Assembly (NCBI GenBank): GCA_000165425.1
Contig: CT868061.1
Location: 1 to 64,000, forward strand
Length of the DNA stretch: 64,000 bases
Reading direction: 5' to 3'
Source of the DNA: Paramecium tetraurelia
Lineage: Eukaryota
Shown: in pieces, positions 13,806-26,734 of the stretch
Layout of the letters: every line of letters starts with the position of its first letter
Position numbering within the stretch: position 1 is the stretch's first letter
Made by a program: the position numbers and the translations under genes
Notes under the pieces: generated by a model
Seen by the model: the letters and a program-made list of their open reading frames with translations, nothing else
Told to the model about the DNA's origin: nothing
Database searches by the model: none

Positions 13806-14716
13806 TTTAAATTTATTATTGAAATAAATTATACATTCTAATCATGTTAAATAATGAAAAAAATAATATTTTATTTATTCCTCCCCATTCTTTTTTCTCC
13901 TTACACTTATGTTCGCCATGCACTATCAATAATATTAGTAGCAATAATCAAATAATAAATTCCTATAAAATACAACCAATGAAACACTAACAACAACTCT
14001 AATTTCTTTCACATTCTTGATTCAAACACACAGATATAGTTCCATATAGAAATTTCAGAAGCATACATTCGCTATTTCAAATAAATAAGTAAGAATAGTA
14101 TATAAATGATTCTTGCATCATCTTAATGAATCCACTCTAGAGTTTTATGCAAGCAATATCAATAGATAGCAACATTTCTTATTAATAATCTCACCCTGTA
14201 ATAAATCCCAGCCAAATATGTTTAGTTCTGATTGAATTAAATAATGGAAATAGCAATTTGATAAAATAATATATTTAGAAATTTTATATGTCAATTTTGG
14301 TCCAAATAAAATTGGAATTAAGACAGGTAGAGATTTTTTTTATTAGAAACACATTTCTCAAGATTATTCTAAATTTGAATACTCAATAAATAATCATAAT
14401 TGTAATAAGTATTTTGATCAAACAGCTAATTCTAAAATGTAAATATATTTATGGGTATGCCCTTACAAAGGGAATAAATTCTTTTGATAAATATTTTGAT
14501 AAATGTATTCAAATATATATAATAAATACCCAAAAATCTTTGTTAGAAAAATAGATTCCAATCAAATGAGCAAGGGATAAAGTTGTATTGCGTATTCAGA
14601 AATATCGAAAATCGCTGAAAAAAGAAATAGAAATATTTATAGGTAGGATTATTTAGATTATTAATTATTGAGAAATATTATTTATTAAAAGAGATTTTTT
14701 ATTAATAGAAATAGTT

Positions 14717-15896
14717 ATGAACAATTATCTTTAAGGTAATCGCAATTAGGGTATAAATGTAAGGAGTCAAAATCCTAGGCAAGAAATGGAAGAGGAATAA
14801 ACAGCTGCTTCAATTTTCAAATCAATTGAAAAATAATCGCTAGAGAATGGACTTAAATCATAACTCTTTTAGATTCAATTTTAAATCAAAGATTTCGCTA
14901 TGAAACTTAATTAATTTGACTTTGATGCGAAAATTCGATCTCTAAAAGAAAAAATAAAAGGTATGCAAAACTTAATTGAGAATGATAAATCTCTGGATTA
15001 AGAATCATTATTAAACTATGTAATTTATCTTAAGGAGAATTACTTATCTCGAGAGAAGGATTTTAGAGTCCATATTAAGGTTTTTGAGGATCCTAATTAT
15101 TTTGTGCCTGACAATCTTCATATGTTTATTAAAAAAATATCAGTATAAGATTGAAATACATTAGTCATATGAAATAAGCTATTCAGAATGCCAATCCTTA
15201 TTGTTTCTGGATTAAGAATTAACTAATTTGGAAATGATCTATTGTGTATTGAAGCCAATAGTACAAAACTATAAAGAGATTCTTTATTATGAAAAGGTTG
15301 ATTCTCCAATTAAATAATATACGAAAAATAGGAGAACCAATCAATATCCGTTTTCCTCCTAGTAAATTACCCTATTGATTGGATTATTGAACAAATACTA
15401 TAAATTCCGAGCATGTAAAACCCCATTTTTATTTTTAGTGCCAAATAGGCAAGAAAAATACGTAGCCTACGTTAAGTGGACCCCTGATTTTAATATGAAT
15501 CAAGCATAGTATCTAGAGAAATTAATTATAATCTTGGAAATACCTTAGGAACAGAACAATATTACTTATGCACTTTTAAACATCTTTCAGTAGTAAAATC
15601 TGAAAGTTTGCAAATCTACATCTATACCAAAATAGAGAAATCAATTACAATAACTAAGTCAGCAACTAGGTTGTAATTAATTTACTGCTACTTTGGTCCC
15701 TGAATGTAGCTTAGATTTTGCCTTAACAGAATTTCTTAAGATTGTGGCAACCAAAATCGATTTAAAACAATTAAGTTAATTTCTAGATGAGAACGACTAT
15801 TTTATAAAGGAGGATAAGTCAGAGTCTGGGAGGTAGGAAGTAAATTATTTCGTTGATGCATTTGAGATGGAGAGATTAGGATTTTCAATTGCATGA
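14717..15896 (+). CDS. Hypothetical protein
   Basis: Code-6 frame MNNYLQGNRN.. with tiny introns (~15143, ~15415); no recognised domain; internal structure uncertain. Confidence 0.5.
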
Positions 15897-15931
15897 ACAT
15901 TTTGAGCTAAATAAGAATTATTAATATAATA

Positions 15932-16965
15932 ATGTTTTTCATATTTTGTGTTTTCTTTCTAGTAGTTAAATCTCAAGATGAATTGGCAGAGGGTGAAGAG
16001 ATGGAATCTGATTGCGATATGGAATTTGACATGCCATTTTGTAGTGGAAATGGTACACTCTGAACTAATACTTAGGTACTCCAATGTAGGAAAACTCATT
16101 TTTAAATACACTAAAAATATTACTCTCATTTAATGATATGAAGGTAGTAAATAAGATAGATCAATCAGAATATGAAGTTGAAGAACTAGAGAGAGGACCC
16201 ACTTTATATGATGATGGTTATTCTGGAGTGTTCAAGGGAAGTCAAATTTTAGAAATCCCCTAAAACGAATAAACCCCATATTTTACCTACAGTATGTGGT
16301 TGTTTTTTCCAAGAACCAGTGGAGCTGAGAGACCAAGATCTGTCTGTCCCATATTCCAAAAAGGCAATGAGGAGACCCATTATCCCAGTTTATACTATGA
16401 TTAAAAGCATAAATAATTCATAGTCTACATTGATTAAACAGTAACCTCAGAAAATTCAGGCTTAGTCTCAGTTAGTAGACCTTTGGCTAACCAATGGATT
16501 TATGTTTCATTGGTTAGTACAAGCAGTAAATTGAAATTGTACATAAATGGAGTTTTGGATAATATAAAAATATTTCAGGCAGCTCCTAAACCTAACGATC
16601 ATCCTCTCTACGTAGGGAACACACCTTGGTTTAAAGATTATTGTAGCATGATGTTTTTATTGGACAAATTCCAATATTACACAGAGGAAATTAAAGCCTA
16701 TTTCATTTAGGCACAAGCTTAATTCTAATTGGAGAGTGCCAGCATTCATTTTGGATGCATAAGTTGTAACTTAGAGGAGGCAACAGGAGCATGTATAAGT
16801 GGGTACCATTTATGCACGAAGATTGAATTTTATAGTGGAGTTTACAATGTAGCTAGACAATTAGGGTGGATGGATTACGGAGATTTTGTATGGACATATT
16901 AGGATGCAATTAGGAAGAATGAGAAAAAGAAAGGATTGGCTGTTTGTTGTATTGATTCATTCTGA
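15932..16965 (+). CDS. Secreted LamG/concanavalin A-like domain protein with Cys-rich C-terminal module
   Basis: Signal peptide; FTYSMWLF, QWIYVSLV..LKLYINGVLD and LYVG LamG motifs; tail GCISC..ACISGYHLC..SGVY.VARQLGW..GLAVCC; one 23-nt intron. Confidence 0.8.
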
Positions 16966-17096
16966 TTATATTAAACATATCGAACTTTAGTTTTTTAGTG
17001 TAAATAAGAAATAAGAAAGTATAAATTTATATGATATCATACAATAATTATAAAAATAAGTTAATTAAATTAGTAAATATAAAGAGAATCAATAAA

Positions 17097-18745
17097 ATGT
17101 TAAAAGATCTCAATCCAAGGTAAGCGTTAAATGTTAATTGATAGTTGTGAATACAAGCACTGCAAATCATTTTTTCAAATCAACTTTTCGACCATGAAAT
17201 GGTTGAAATCCACCACTCTTCCTGTGCCAATAAGTAGTTACTCTATTTCTGATGATGTGAGATTTGTGAATTAGAAAGGAGACATCAAGTAAAAGACATT
17301 GATCAACGTTGAAAACTATTTGTTCTACAAAACCAAGAAGGTAATTGTGAAGATTACTAAATCAGGACAAATTAAAGTGGATTGACTTTGAAAATGCCAT
17401 CTTAGAACAATTCCATCATCAAAGACATGGACATGCCATTAGATTAATTAAGTGTTTCGATGTTGTCGAAATATTTTGTGATGCTTAATCCTGGTTCAAA
17501 TATATAAAACGATATACTATTTAGTCAGATTTCAACTCCAATTACATTTTGAGGAAAAGAATAGGCAGAGGCCAATTCTCAGAAGTAAAATAAAATATTA
17601 CTATTTTCTAGGTGTTTAAGGCCAAAAATAAATCGGATGGAAACGAATATGCAATTAAGATATATTAGAAATAAAACCTATTTGATGAAGTTGATAGAGC
17701 TGCAATATAAAAATAAATTTCAGTACTTAGAAGATTGTAATCCGATTTTACAATCAAATTTTATGAAGTTTTCGAGAATACTGATTAAGTCTTTGTAGTT
17801 GAGGAACTATTGATGGGAGGGAACTTAATGGATTATATTATAAGGGAGAATTTCTTTTCAGAAGATCAAGCTGCCAAACTTATCTTCCGAATAGTCAAGG
17901 CAGTTAATTACATTCATTCAAAAAATATCATACATCGTGATATTAAACCAGAAAATTTAGTGTTCAGATTTCAAGACAATGTTGAAACTCTATGTATAAA
18001 GAAGTTCCAATTGGCTGATTTCTATAGTCCAGATGTCAATTATCATTATATATGTTGTGGCACACCTGGATTCATTGCTCCTGAAATTTTATTAAATCAA
18101 AATTACGATTAAAAAGTTGATGTATTTAGTATTGGCGTTACTCTGTATATATTGATGACTGGTTAAATGCCATTCGAAGGTAATTTTGAAAAGAGACTTG
18201 AATAAAATGTTGAAGGTTTAGTTGAATTTAGTATGATCAATCTCAGCATTCTTGGGATGAATTTTATTAAAACAACTCTTCAACCTAATCCTGAAGAAAG
18301 ATTAAGTTCACATCAATGTTTGAATCATCAATGGTTTGTTCAAGAATAATTAGCCAAAATTAATCAGATGTAATTAAAAAAACCTATTCAATTACAAAGC
18401 CAATTCATTGTTAGGAGAATGAAATAGGCCAAGACATTGACTTTTAGTCCTTCTTCTCCTAGAAGTCAAATTTCTATACAAAGTCCAAGAAATCATAATC
18501 TCCAATAAGAATAATAAAAATAATCTCCAATTTTGGTGGGAAGTAAAACTGAAAAATTGATTGGACCTCATTCCAGTTCTAAAAGCATTCATTTTGAATA
18601 AATCCAAACATAACCTACAGATGATGACGATCAAAATTAAGACTTCAGTAATTTGAAATCAGCAAGAAAGAAAACTTAATCATTTGTTATTAAATCTACT
18701 TCAACACTGAAGAATTTTAATGTATTGAAATCAAAATTTAAATGA
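17097..18745 (+). CDS. CAMK-like kinase-domain protein (probable pseudokinase) with PH-like N-terminus
   Basis: IGRGQFSEV, YAIK, HRDIKPEN, CGTPGFIAPE and DVFSIG motifs; the DFG position reads KFQ. Confidence 0.85.
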
Positions 18746-18766
18746 TATTAATCAATTTATCAATAA

Positions 18767-20500
18767 TCACTCATCAAAATTGTATTTTATTTTTCCTTTA
18801 CAGATTATTTTTTATTTACAACCTTTGAATTCGCATTCATTTATTTGTTCCGAGCATTCTAAACAATGATTAAGTAAATGATTCTATTAACAAATAGTAA
18901 ATTCAGTCCCTTTAGATTTATTACATTTCTAGCAATAATATTAACTGAAATCAATATCATATTAGAATCGGTTAATTTTTACATTTTATTCAATATTTAT
19001 ATTTTACTGCAACGATAGTTTTAGTAAGTCTTAGTGTCTCCATGTCAATTCCTTTAATAAATTGTTTTTATTTTGATCTACCTACTTCACAATTAACTTC
19101 TTCCTTGATTAAATTTTTGTATCACAGAATAAGCACTCTTAAACTTCAGATTAGCAATCAAAACAATAACGTAAATGTCCACAAGGAATCAACAATGTAT
19201 TAGATGTATTTTCCATACAAATTCTGCATTTATTTATATGAGTTCCCTTTTATACTTATTCACCTCTTGCTACATTTGCAATTATATCTTCATCATTTAA
19301 AGGAAGATAAAATATTTCTAACTCCTTCTAATCTTGATTTAAGTTGTTTTTTTAAGTGAAGCTAATTTCAAAATTATCCTACACCACATTTCCAAAAGCA
19401 ATTATGTCATCAGTAGTTTTATTGATTATCCTAAGGTTAATTTAAATAGAATACAAAATTTAACTGTTTATATTGAAATTCTTGTTGCTTGTCTAGAATT
19501 CTTAAGCACAGATGAATTTTGAATTAGACAAAGTTAATTTTAATGAATTGGCATAATTGGTAGAACAGAATTCTAAGTTCTTGATATCATCTAGATATTA
19601 TAATTAAAAATACATTAAACTCCTCCTATGATAGCAGATATATTTGAGGTATCTCTATATTTCATATAAAATTCTTATTGTTTCTCCATAGATATAAATT
19701 GAGGTGTGAATACTATTTGAGGAGAACATTATTTGACTTAGATAAAATTATTAGAGATGAACGTTTGATCTTTCAATTCTGTGTCATCACTGATTTTAAT
19801 TCTAAAGACTTGTTTATCTTCATTCGAATTGATGTAATTAACTTTTCCTTCTATTTCGATTATTTAAATTGGTTTATTATTTGCAGTTTAGTTTTCAAAA
19901 TAATAAAGATCGTATAGGATTACCATTCCTTAGATTAATGAAACTTCTAATTCATTTTTGTTTCGAGATAAAATTTAGAGCAAGGCATCATTATTTTTTG
20001 TAAAATCTATATCCTTAGGTGTTGTTTAGAAAAAATGTAATTAATTAAATAGAGATTGCGAAGATTGAATAAATTAAACATTGTAATTAGGTTAGTAATA
20101 ATTAGGATAATTGAATTTTTGAGTGCTAGCTTCAACATACTTCTTTATGATTTCCATTTTCCATTATCCTTTCTTGATTGTTTCTTCTGAGACTATATAG
20201 CACAACACTTTCTTGGCTCTAAATTACTGATAATTTTTACTGTGAAAATTGTATTAAATCAAAAATATTCTATAACATATCGTCAAATTCAATCAATTCA
20301 CGATAATCGACTAATAAAATAAGATTCTTATTATTTAAAATATTTAGACAGAGTTCAGTAAAGCTGCAAATGTAAATTTTAAATGAGGAATCATCTAATT
20401 AAATTTAAGTGTATTTTTATGGAGATTCTTCTATTTCTTTCAAACCAATATGATCAATAGCTGTTCCATATGCAAATAAAGGAATTCTTATGTTTTTCAT
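18767..20500 (-). CDS. RING-finger protein with several Cys-rich modules
   Basis: CRICMENTSNTLLIPCGHLRYCFDC..CLFC (C3HC4 RING) plus further CxxC clusters; tiny introns. Confidence 0.7.
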
Positions 20501-20622
20501 GTTTTTGGTAATAAAATTACTTTATAATGCATTCCAAATCAAAAATTAAGGAATATGAATCAATTTATACTGATATTTTCTGATGAAATAGTTTGTATTT
20601 AAATTTATATATATGATTATGC

Positions 20623-21500
20623 TCACAATTTAGGGTACTCTGGCTTGGTTTTAGTCATGGAAGATGTAATTGCAATAGGAATATCATTTGTAAAGAGCAT
20701 TGCCATATTGGTTCTAGCCATGACATCTAAATGTTAATCTAGGTTTTGTTCTCTTGTAAATATGCTTTTGATTGTATAGCAGCCAACTGGGGATTTTGTG
20801 GCGATCAATTCTGCTAATTTGAATATTTCTTCATTCAAATTTTCATTCTTTACGATCTTGCTGACTAATCCCAATTTGAGAGCTTCTTGAGCACTAAAGA
20901 CTCTTCCTGTGTAAGCTAGTTCTCTGAAGAGCGAAGTGTTAGCATTCTACAAGCCTAATCTTTGTAAGGTGCCTATGTCAGGAGCCCTGGAACATTTAAT
21001 TGAAAATCATTACATGGCAAGATCGATTTCTTTAATGGAGAATTTAGCATCTTCAGAGCAGTATCTGATGTCAGCAGAGGTGATGAGGTCGACTCCTCCG
21101 CCTAAGCAATAGCCTTAGATTCCAACAATGACTGGAACCTTGATTCTTGATAAGGATGTCATGGCCAATTACCAGTCTTTGAGGAGGTCGTAGATTCTGA
21201 TTGATTTTCTTGCTTGATCCATGTCTTCATGGAACTGAATTTAAGGGGAGTAATTACTTAAAACATTAAAGGAGCTTCCTTAAGATCCAAGCCAGCGCAG
21301 AAGTGATTGCCTCTGCCTGTCAAGACGACAACTCGAACATCGTCAGCTTTATTAATGAGATCGACTGCTGCTTTGAAATCTTGGAAAAGTTGGGAGGACA
21401 TGGAATTTCTAGTGGTAATTGAAATAAGGTACAATGATTTTGGTCTGTTGATTTCTAGATGATAGATTGAGCCTTTTTGTGTTCCCACAAGAGTTTGCAT
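20623..21500 (-). CDS. ECH1: Delta(3,5)-Delta(2,4)-dienoyl-CoA isomerase (crotonase family), PTS1-like C-terminal PKL
   Basis: FCAGLDL, PVIVGIQGYCLGGGVDLITSADIRYCS, FSIKEIDLA..DIGTLQRL; ends EYPKL*; two tiny introns. Confidence 0.88.
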
Positions 21501-21606
21501 AATTATATTTTAATAATATTTAATAAAAATGATTAATTTTTATTTGTATTTATTTTCGATGATATAAATGAATTTGAAAATATATATCCCACAATAAATA
21601 AATTTA

Positions 21607-23023
21607 ATGAATCATTTTGATGAGAGTCCTGCTCCAGCACCTAATGTTCCAGTGCCAATAGATGCAAGTTGGGTTTTGGTAACATCATTCAGTGCTTTGC
21701 TAACAATTTTGGGATTTGCATTCATTAGTTCTGGCGCAGTTCGTTATAAATCAGTGCAGTCGTCAGTGATAACAGTGTTGTTAGGATCAGTCCTGACTAT
21801 TTTGTTTTTCTGGCTTGTATACAAAATATAATAATAAATAATTGATAGGTAGGATATGGATTCGCCTTTGGAGATGACAAGGGAAACAAATTCATTGGTT
21901 TAAGTAAATTTGCAGGAATCGGGTACACAGTCGAGTCTCCCACTGACGATTACACAAATTTGAGTAATAGAGTTAAGTTATAATAATTTAGTATTCTCAA
22001 CAGTCGGAGCAGTCATCGTTGCATCTCTCTTTGGATTAGGAACACTTGAAAGATCCAGATTCTTTTCAGTTAGTTTATGCATAGCATTCATCACTGCAGT
22101 ATTATACCCAATAGCACTTCATTGGATATAACCTACTGGATGGTTGAGTAAATTTGGATTCGTGGATTTTGCAGGATCAACATATATTCACGTTTTCGGT
22201 GCAATCACAGCCTTGGTTGTTTCATACTTTTTGAAGGAGAGAAGAGATCAAGCTGGCAATGTGCATCCAGGCATTTTCCCTCATCATTCTCCAATTAACA
22301 TCGGATATGGATCATTTATATTGACAATTGCAATCCTAATATTCATTAACGGTGCCAATACACAAGGAAAGAACGATAAGTACGAATAGGGATTGATAGC
22401 AGTCAATACTATTGTAGCAGCTACATTATCAGCTCTTACTAGTTTTATATTATAATACTTGAAAACTCATAAGACAAGTTTAATTGCATTATCAAGGGGG
22501 AAGTGTTGCTGGAATTGTAGCTATTTCAGCATTGGCTAACGATGTTAGAATTTGGGAATCTGCTCTTACTGGTGTTTTGGCTGGTTTAGTGTATATTGTC
22601 CTCATACTTGTTATTAAGAGATCACATGTTGATGACCCTGCTTACACTATAGCTTCACATTTGGTATTTGATATTAATTTATTCTCTAGGGTCCTGGTCT
22701 CTTGGGAACTATTTTGGTTGGTTTTCTAGGTCTTACCAATGGTTGGGTTACTGGTCATGGACCTAAATAATTGGGATTATAATTAGTAGGAATCTTGGCA
22801 TTTATTGGATGGGGACTATTGGTTGCCATCTTAATTATTCCACTAAAAGGTACTGGTGCATTTAAAATTAATCCATTCTAAGAATCATAGGGAATAGATG
22901 TCAGTTATGGTAATTCAAATATGTTAATCATTTTTAGCTGAAGGAGAAGCCATTCAATTCCTCGATGAACACCCAGAACCTGCATTGTTAAGCAGTTCTC
23001 CCAAGAAGGGAATCTTCCAATGA
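21607..23023 (+). CDS. AMT: Ammonium transporter (Amt family), divergent, with an apparent +1 frameshift at ~22496-22500
   Basis: DASWVL, GFAFISSGAVR, GYGFAFG, DFAGSTYIH, GSVAGIVAIS, VDDP....SH, ESQGID motifs; tiny introns. Confidence 0.88.
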
Positions 23024-23085
23024 TTAATAATATGTTTTCATACAAATAAATACATATGTGAAATATTAAAAATTCAATTTAAATT

Positions 23086-24904
23086 ATGCACAATATCACC
23101 GTTGCCATTCGAGTCAAACCAGTCTAATAAACTTTCAAAACCATTATTGTTAATGGGTCCACGGTCACTCTGCTTGATCCAGAATTAGAATTCAATAACC
23201 CTGTCGATGTAAATTGACATTTCTATATTATATTTTACATCCTAAAGATCCTGAAAAAGAATAGAATTAAAGATGCATCTTATGAGTTTGACCTTGTCTT
23301 TGATTAGCAAGCCGATCAAAAGGAAGTCTATGAAAAATCAGCAGAGCCCCTTCTGGACGATCTCATTTCAGGATAAAATGTAACTATTTTTGCATATGGA
23401 GCAACAGGAAGCGGCAAAACTCACACGTATCATTATTATCCCTAATCTCTTCTAGCATGATGGGAAGCCAGAATCAATAAGGCATTATACCAAGAGCATT
23501 GAATGATTTGTTTGTTAGATTGTCAAAAGAATAAGCCGCTCAAGTATCAACATTCCTAATCCCTAGGCCTCACTCACCTTCTTAGAAATATATAATGAAA
23601 CTATCCGAGATCTCTTGACTGGGAAGTTATTGGATTTGAGAGAAGATGGCAACAAAGGATTAGTAGTTGTGAATTTATTTAAAGCTCCTGTCCCCACTCT
23701 CAATGATATAAACCAATACATCAAGTATGGTAACAGCAGAAGAGCAAAGGAACCTACAGGTGCTAATGAAAACTCGACAAGATCTCACACGGTTTTGCAA
23801 TTGATGCTCAAGCAATGCACCTTCACCTTTGTTGATTTGGCTGGTTCTGAAAGAGCTTCCCAAACTACTAACAAAGGACAAAGAATGGTTGAGGGAGCTA
23901 TGATAAATCGATCACTCTTAGTTCTTGGTAATTGCATCAAGGCGTTATTCTCAAAGGAATAATTTGTTCCATTTAGAGGCAGCAAGTTAACTAGACTATT
24001 AAAGGATGCACTCCAAGGCAATTCTAAAACTGTCATGATTGCCAATGTTGCTCCCAACAATTATGAAGATTCATTCAATACACTCCTTTATGCTCACAGG
24101 ACTAGGAATATTGATCCAACTCCAAATAATTTCTAAGAGATGATTGTTTAATTAAGGGAGGAGAATGAAGACATCAAAAAGACGCTCAAGAAGTAAAATA
24201 GTTAATCCAAGATGCAGTTATAAATTGAATAGCAATTCAAAGAGCAATAGAGATAAGAGAAGATGGAAAAATAATAATAATAACAATAAATTTAATAGAT
24301 CCAGCAGTAATCAATTTAATAGCAATAAGCAGAAAAATAAGCATATGATGAAGAACCAAATTAAATCAATTATTTTAAAGCAATTTGCATAAGAATCAGA
24401 GTTAATTAAATAATTGTTTAAGTTAGAGGATGCTTTGATGCAAACTCATCTAGACATTAGTTGAATATTAAAAATAGTAGAGTGTACAATTTCAATAGAA
24501 GACTGAGGATCTAATTACCAAATGCACTGATTCTATAAATAATACAGAAAATGAGTAATTTGAAATTGCTATGAAGTATAAAACAATCTTACAATAAAGG
24601 AGAAAAATATATGATGTATTACTTATTTGATAATTAAATATAGTAATGCATGCAAAGTCAATTTTAATCAGTCAAGGATGAATTTAGAAAATAAGTTCAA
24701 AATATAGAGAAGATGAAAGGTTTATAGAGTGAGAAAAGAGAAGAAGTAATGAAAAAGTTTAAAGAGTTGGAAATTGAACATCTCAAAAAGATTTCTAATT
24801 AAAAAAATGGGAATCAACCTTAAATTGATGAGGAAACATTGAAAGAAATTAAGAAAAATAGATTACAAAGTTTAAACAAATAAATTAAGGATGGAAAATT
24901 GTGA
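23086..24904 (+). CDS. Kinesin motor protein (kinesin-8-like) with coiled-coil tail
   Basis: [72 protein letters not shown]. Confidence 0.92.
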
Positions 24905-25039
24905 ATGAATAAAAAATATTAAAAATAAACCATTAAAACAATATTCTTTAATTCATTTATTTCTTAATTTAATTTATCATCCATTTTCTGATATAAAATA
25001 TTATTTAGTATTCTTGTTGTCTGAGATTATTGATTAAAT

Positions 25040-26520
25040 GCTTTATTTAAAAATAAGGCTATTTTGATATAAAGGAAATTGTTTGGAATCATATAAAAAA
25101 AAATCATAATAGCTAAGATTCAATATTGCATAAAATACATGGGAGTATTAGGATAGGGGAAGTTCCTTAATGGTTAGTTGAAATAAAAGTAATTTTCTAT
25201 CCTATTATACTCTAAATCTAAAAAAAGTTATTGTTAAAGTAATAATAGCATATTAAATTTATAAAGAAAAAATATCTAAATACTTTCAACTAAATAATCG
25301 CAGCATAACTTGAGATAACAGATCCTTTATAATTCAAATCTTTGAATTAGGACTCATAGAGATTCCATTGAGGTAAACTTGAATTTACTGTTATTCCCAC
25401 TTCTACAAAGATGATCAGGGAGGTTTTGTAATCTTGCGATTATACTATGAAAGCAATTTAATTTTATGCAGATGATTGAACTTTAGTCTAAAAAGATGAA
25501 TAACATATAGGAATTTGATACTACAACATTAATAGTTACAGCTAAGATGATATAATCCCTGATTGACTATTTGCAAGTATGCTTATTATATGGAGATCTT
25601 AAGATAACACTTAAAGAATTTACATTATAGGAATAGAAGTAAATCTTATCTAGTGGAAAGCTATTCAGTATATTGAATAAAGGCAGGAAAGATAACACAC
25701 GAACTAATCTAAAATAATTTTCTATTGATCCTAAAGGAACCTTGGGGATAATAGTTTGAATAAGATTCTAAAGTAACTAAACAAATATGTTTAGCACTCC
25801 TGTTCCTGAGTAAAGCAAGCATTCTTTTTGGAGTAGCAGGATCCTGATAAAGTAGTAAATTTATGGAGATCAACAAAACAATGATAACAATTTGGTACAT
25901 TTAATGGAGGATTGTGTAAGGAAGGAAGTTTGCCATTTAAACTTTTAGTTGAAATCTTCATTTGAATTAAAGCTGATAAATATAATGTTTTTGATTGAAA
26001 ATTGCTAATAGTAGATTGAATTGGAATATTACATTGAACGTTTATTGAAACACAAAGAAGAGTGAATGTTTAATCAGTATGAATAGGAGGTACAGACAAA
26101 GTGGAAAAGGAGAGAGAGTAGACCATAAAAATTACATAAGAGGAGACATGTTTTGAAATCTGAATCTAAGGTTAGTGAATATTAGGATACCTGATAAATT
26201 TGAAAAGGTTCATAGAGTGGGTTTATTAGAAGGCCTTATAATGCATCTTATGGTTATTTATGCGATGGGAGTGTACATTACAAAATTGTTGTTAAAAGTG
26301 AAAGTGAACACTAGATGAATTAGGAACAGAACAGGGCAGAGGAGAAGACCTCTGTGCTTAAAAAGAATTTGAATTGTTTGAGATATGCTGAACAAGAAGT
26401 AGAGTAGTTGAAACGTAATTATTTGCAAGTTTAGATGGGGAATGAAACCTTTGGGTATTTGCATGAGTTGAAGAGATTGTTTGATTGTGGAATCATTGTT
26501 AACCCTGAAAAAGTTGTTGT
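25040..26520 (+). pseudogene. Degenerate coding region, family unknown
   Basis: Long codon-like stretches with multiple in-frame TGA and frame switches not resolved by obvious introns. Confidence 0.35.
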
Positions 26521-26540
26521 GATTGATATATAATAATTAT

Positions 26541-26720
26541 TCAGTATTCAGTATTGATTCTCCTAACATTCAAGTGCTTCGTCACTATGGAGGGTGGTTT
26601 GGGCACGTAAATCGTTTTGCGTGGTCTATGGAGATCTCGGATATAGCGATCGTACACATCGTCTTTGAAATCATCATCGGCCATTCCGAAAAAGGCTGTT
26701 ATAGTTACATTTGCAGACAT
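26541..26720 (-). CDS. 59-aa small protein (MSANVTITAFFGMADDDFKDDVYDRYIRDLHRPRKTIYVPKPPSIVTKHLNVRRINTEY)
   Basis: GC-elevated ATG..TGA ORF that stands out against the AT-rich background. Confidence 0.55.
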   Translation of the reverse strand: MSANVTITAFFGMADDDFKDDVYDRYIRDLHRPRKTIYVPKPPSIVTKHLNVRRINTEY

Positions 26721-26734
26721 CGTTAATTTTATTA

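Noticed and set aside
26541..26557. 3' overlap between the plus-strand region and the 59-aa gene
   Set aside because: The plus-strand region is degenerate and its true stop is ambiguous.
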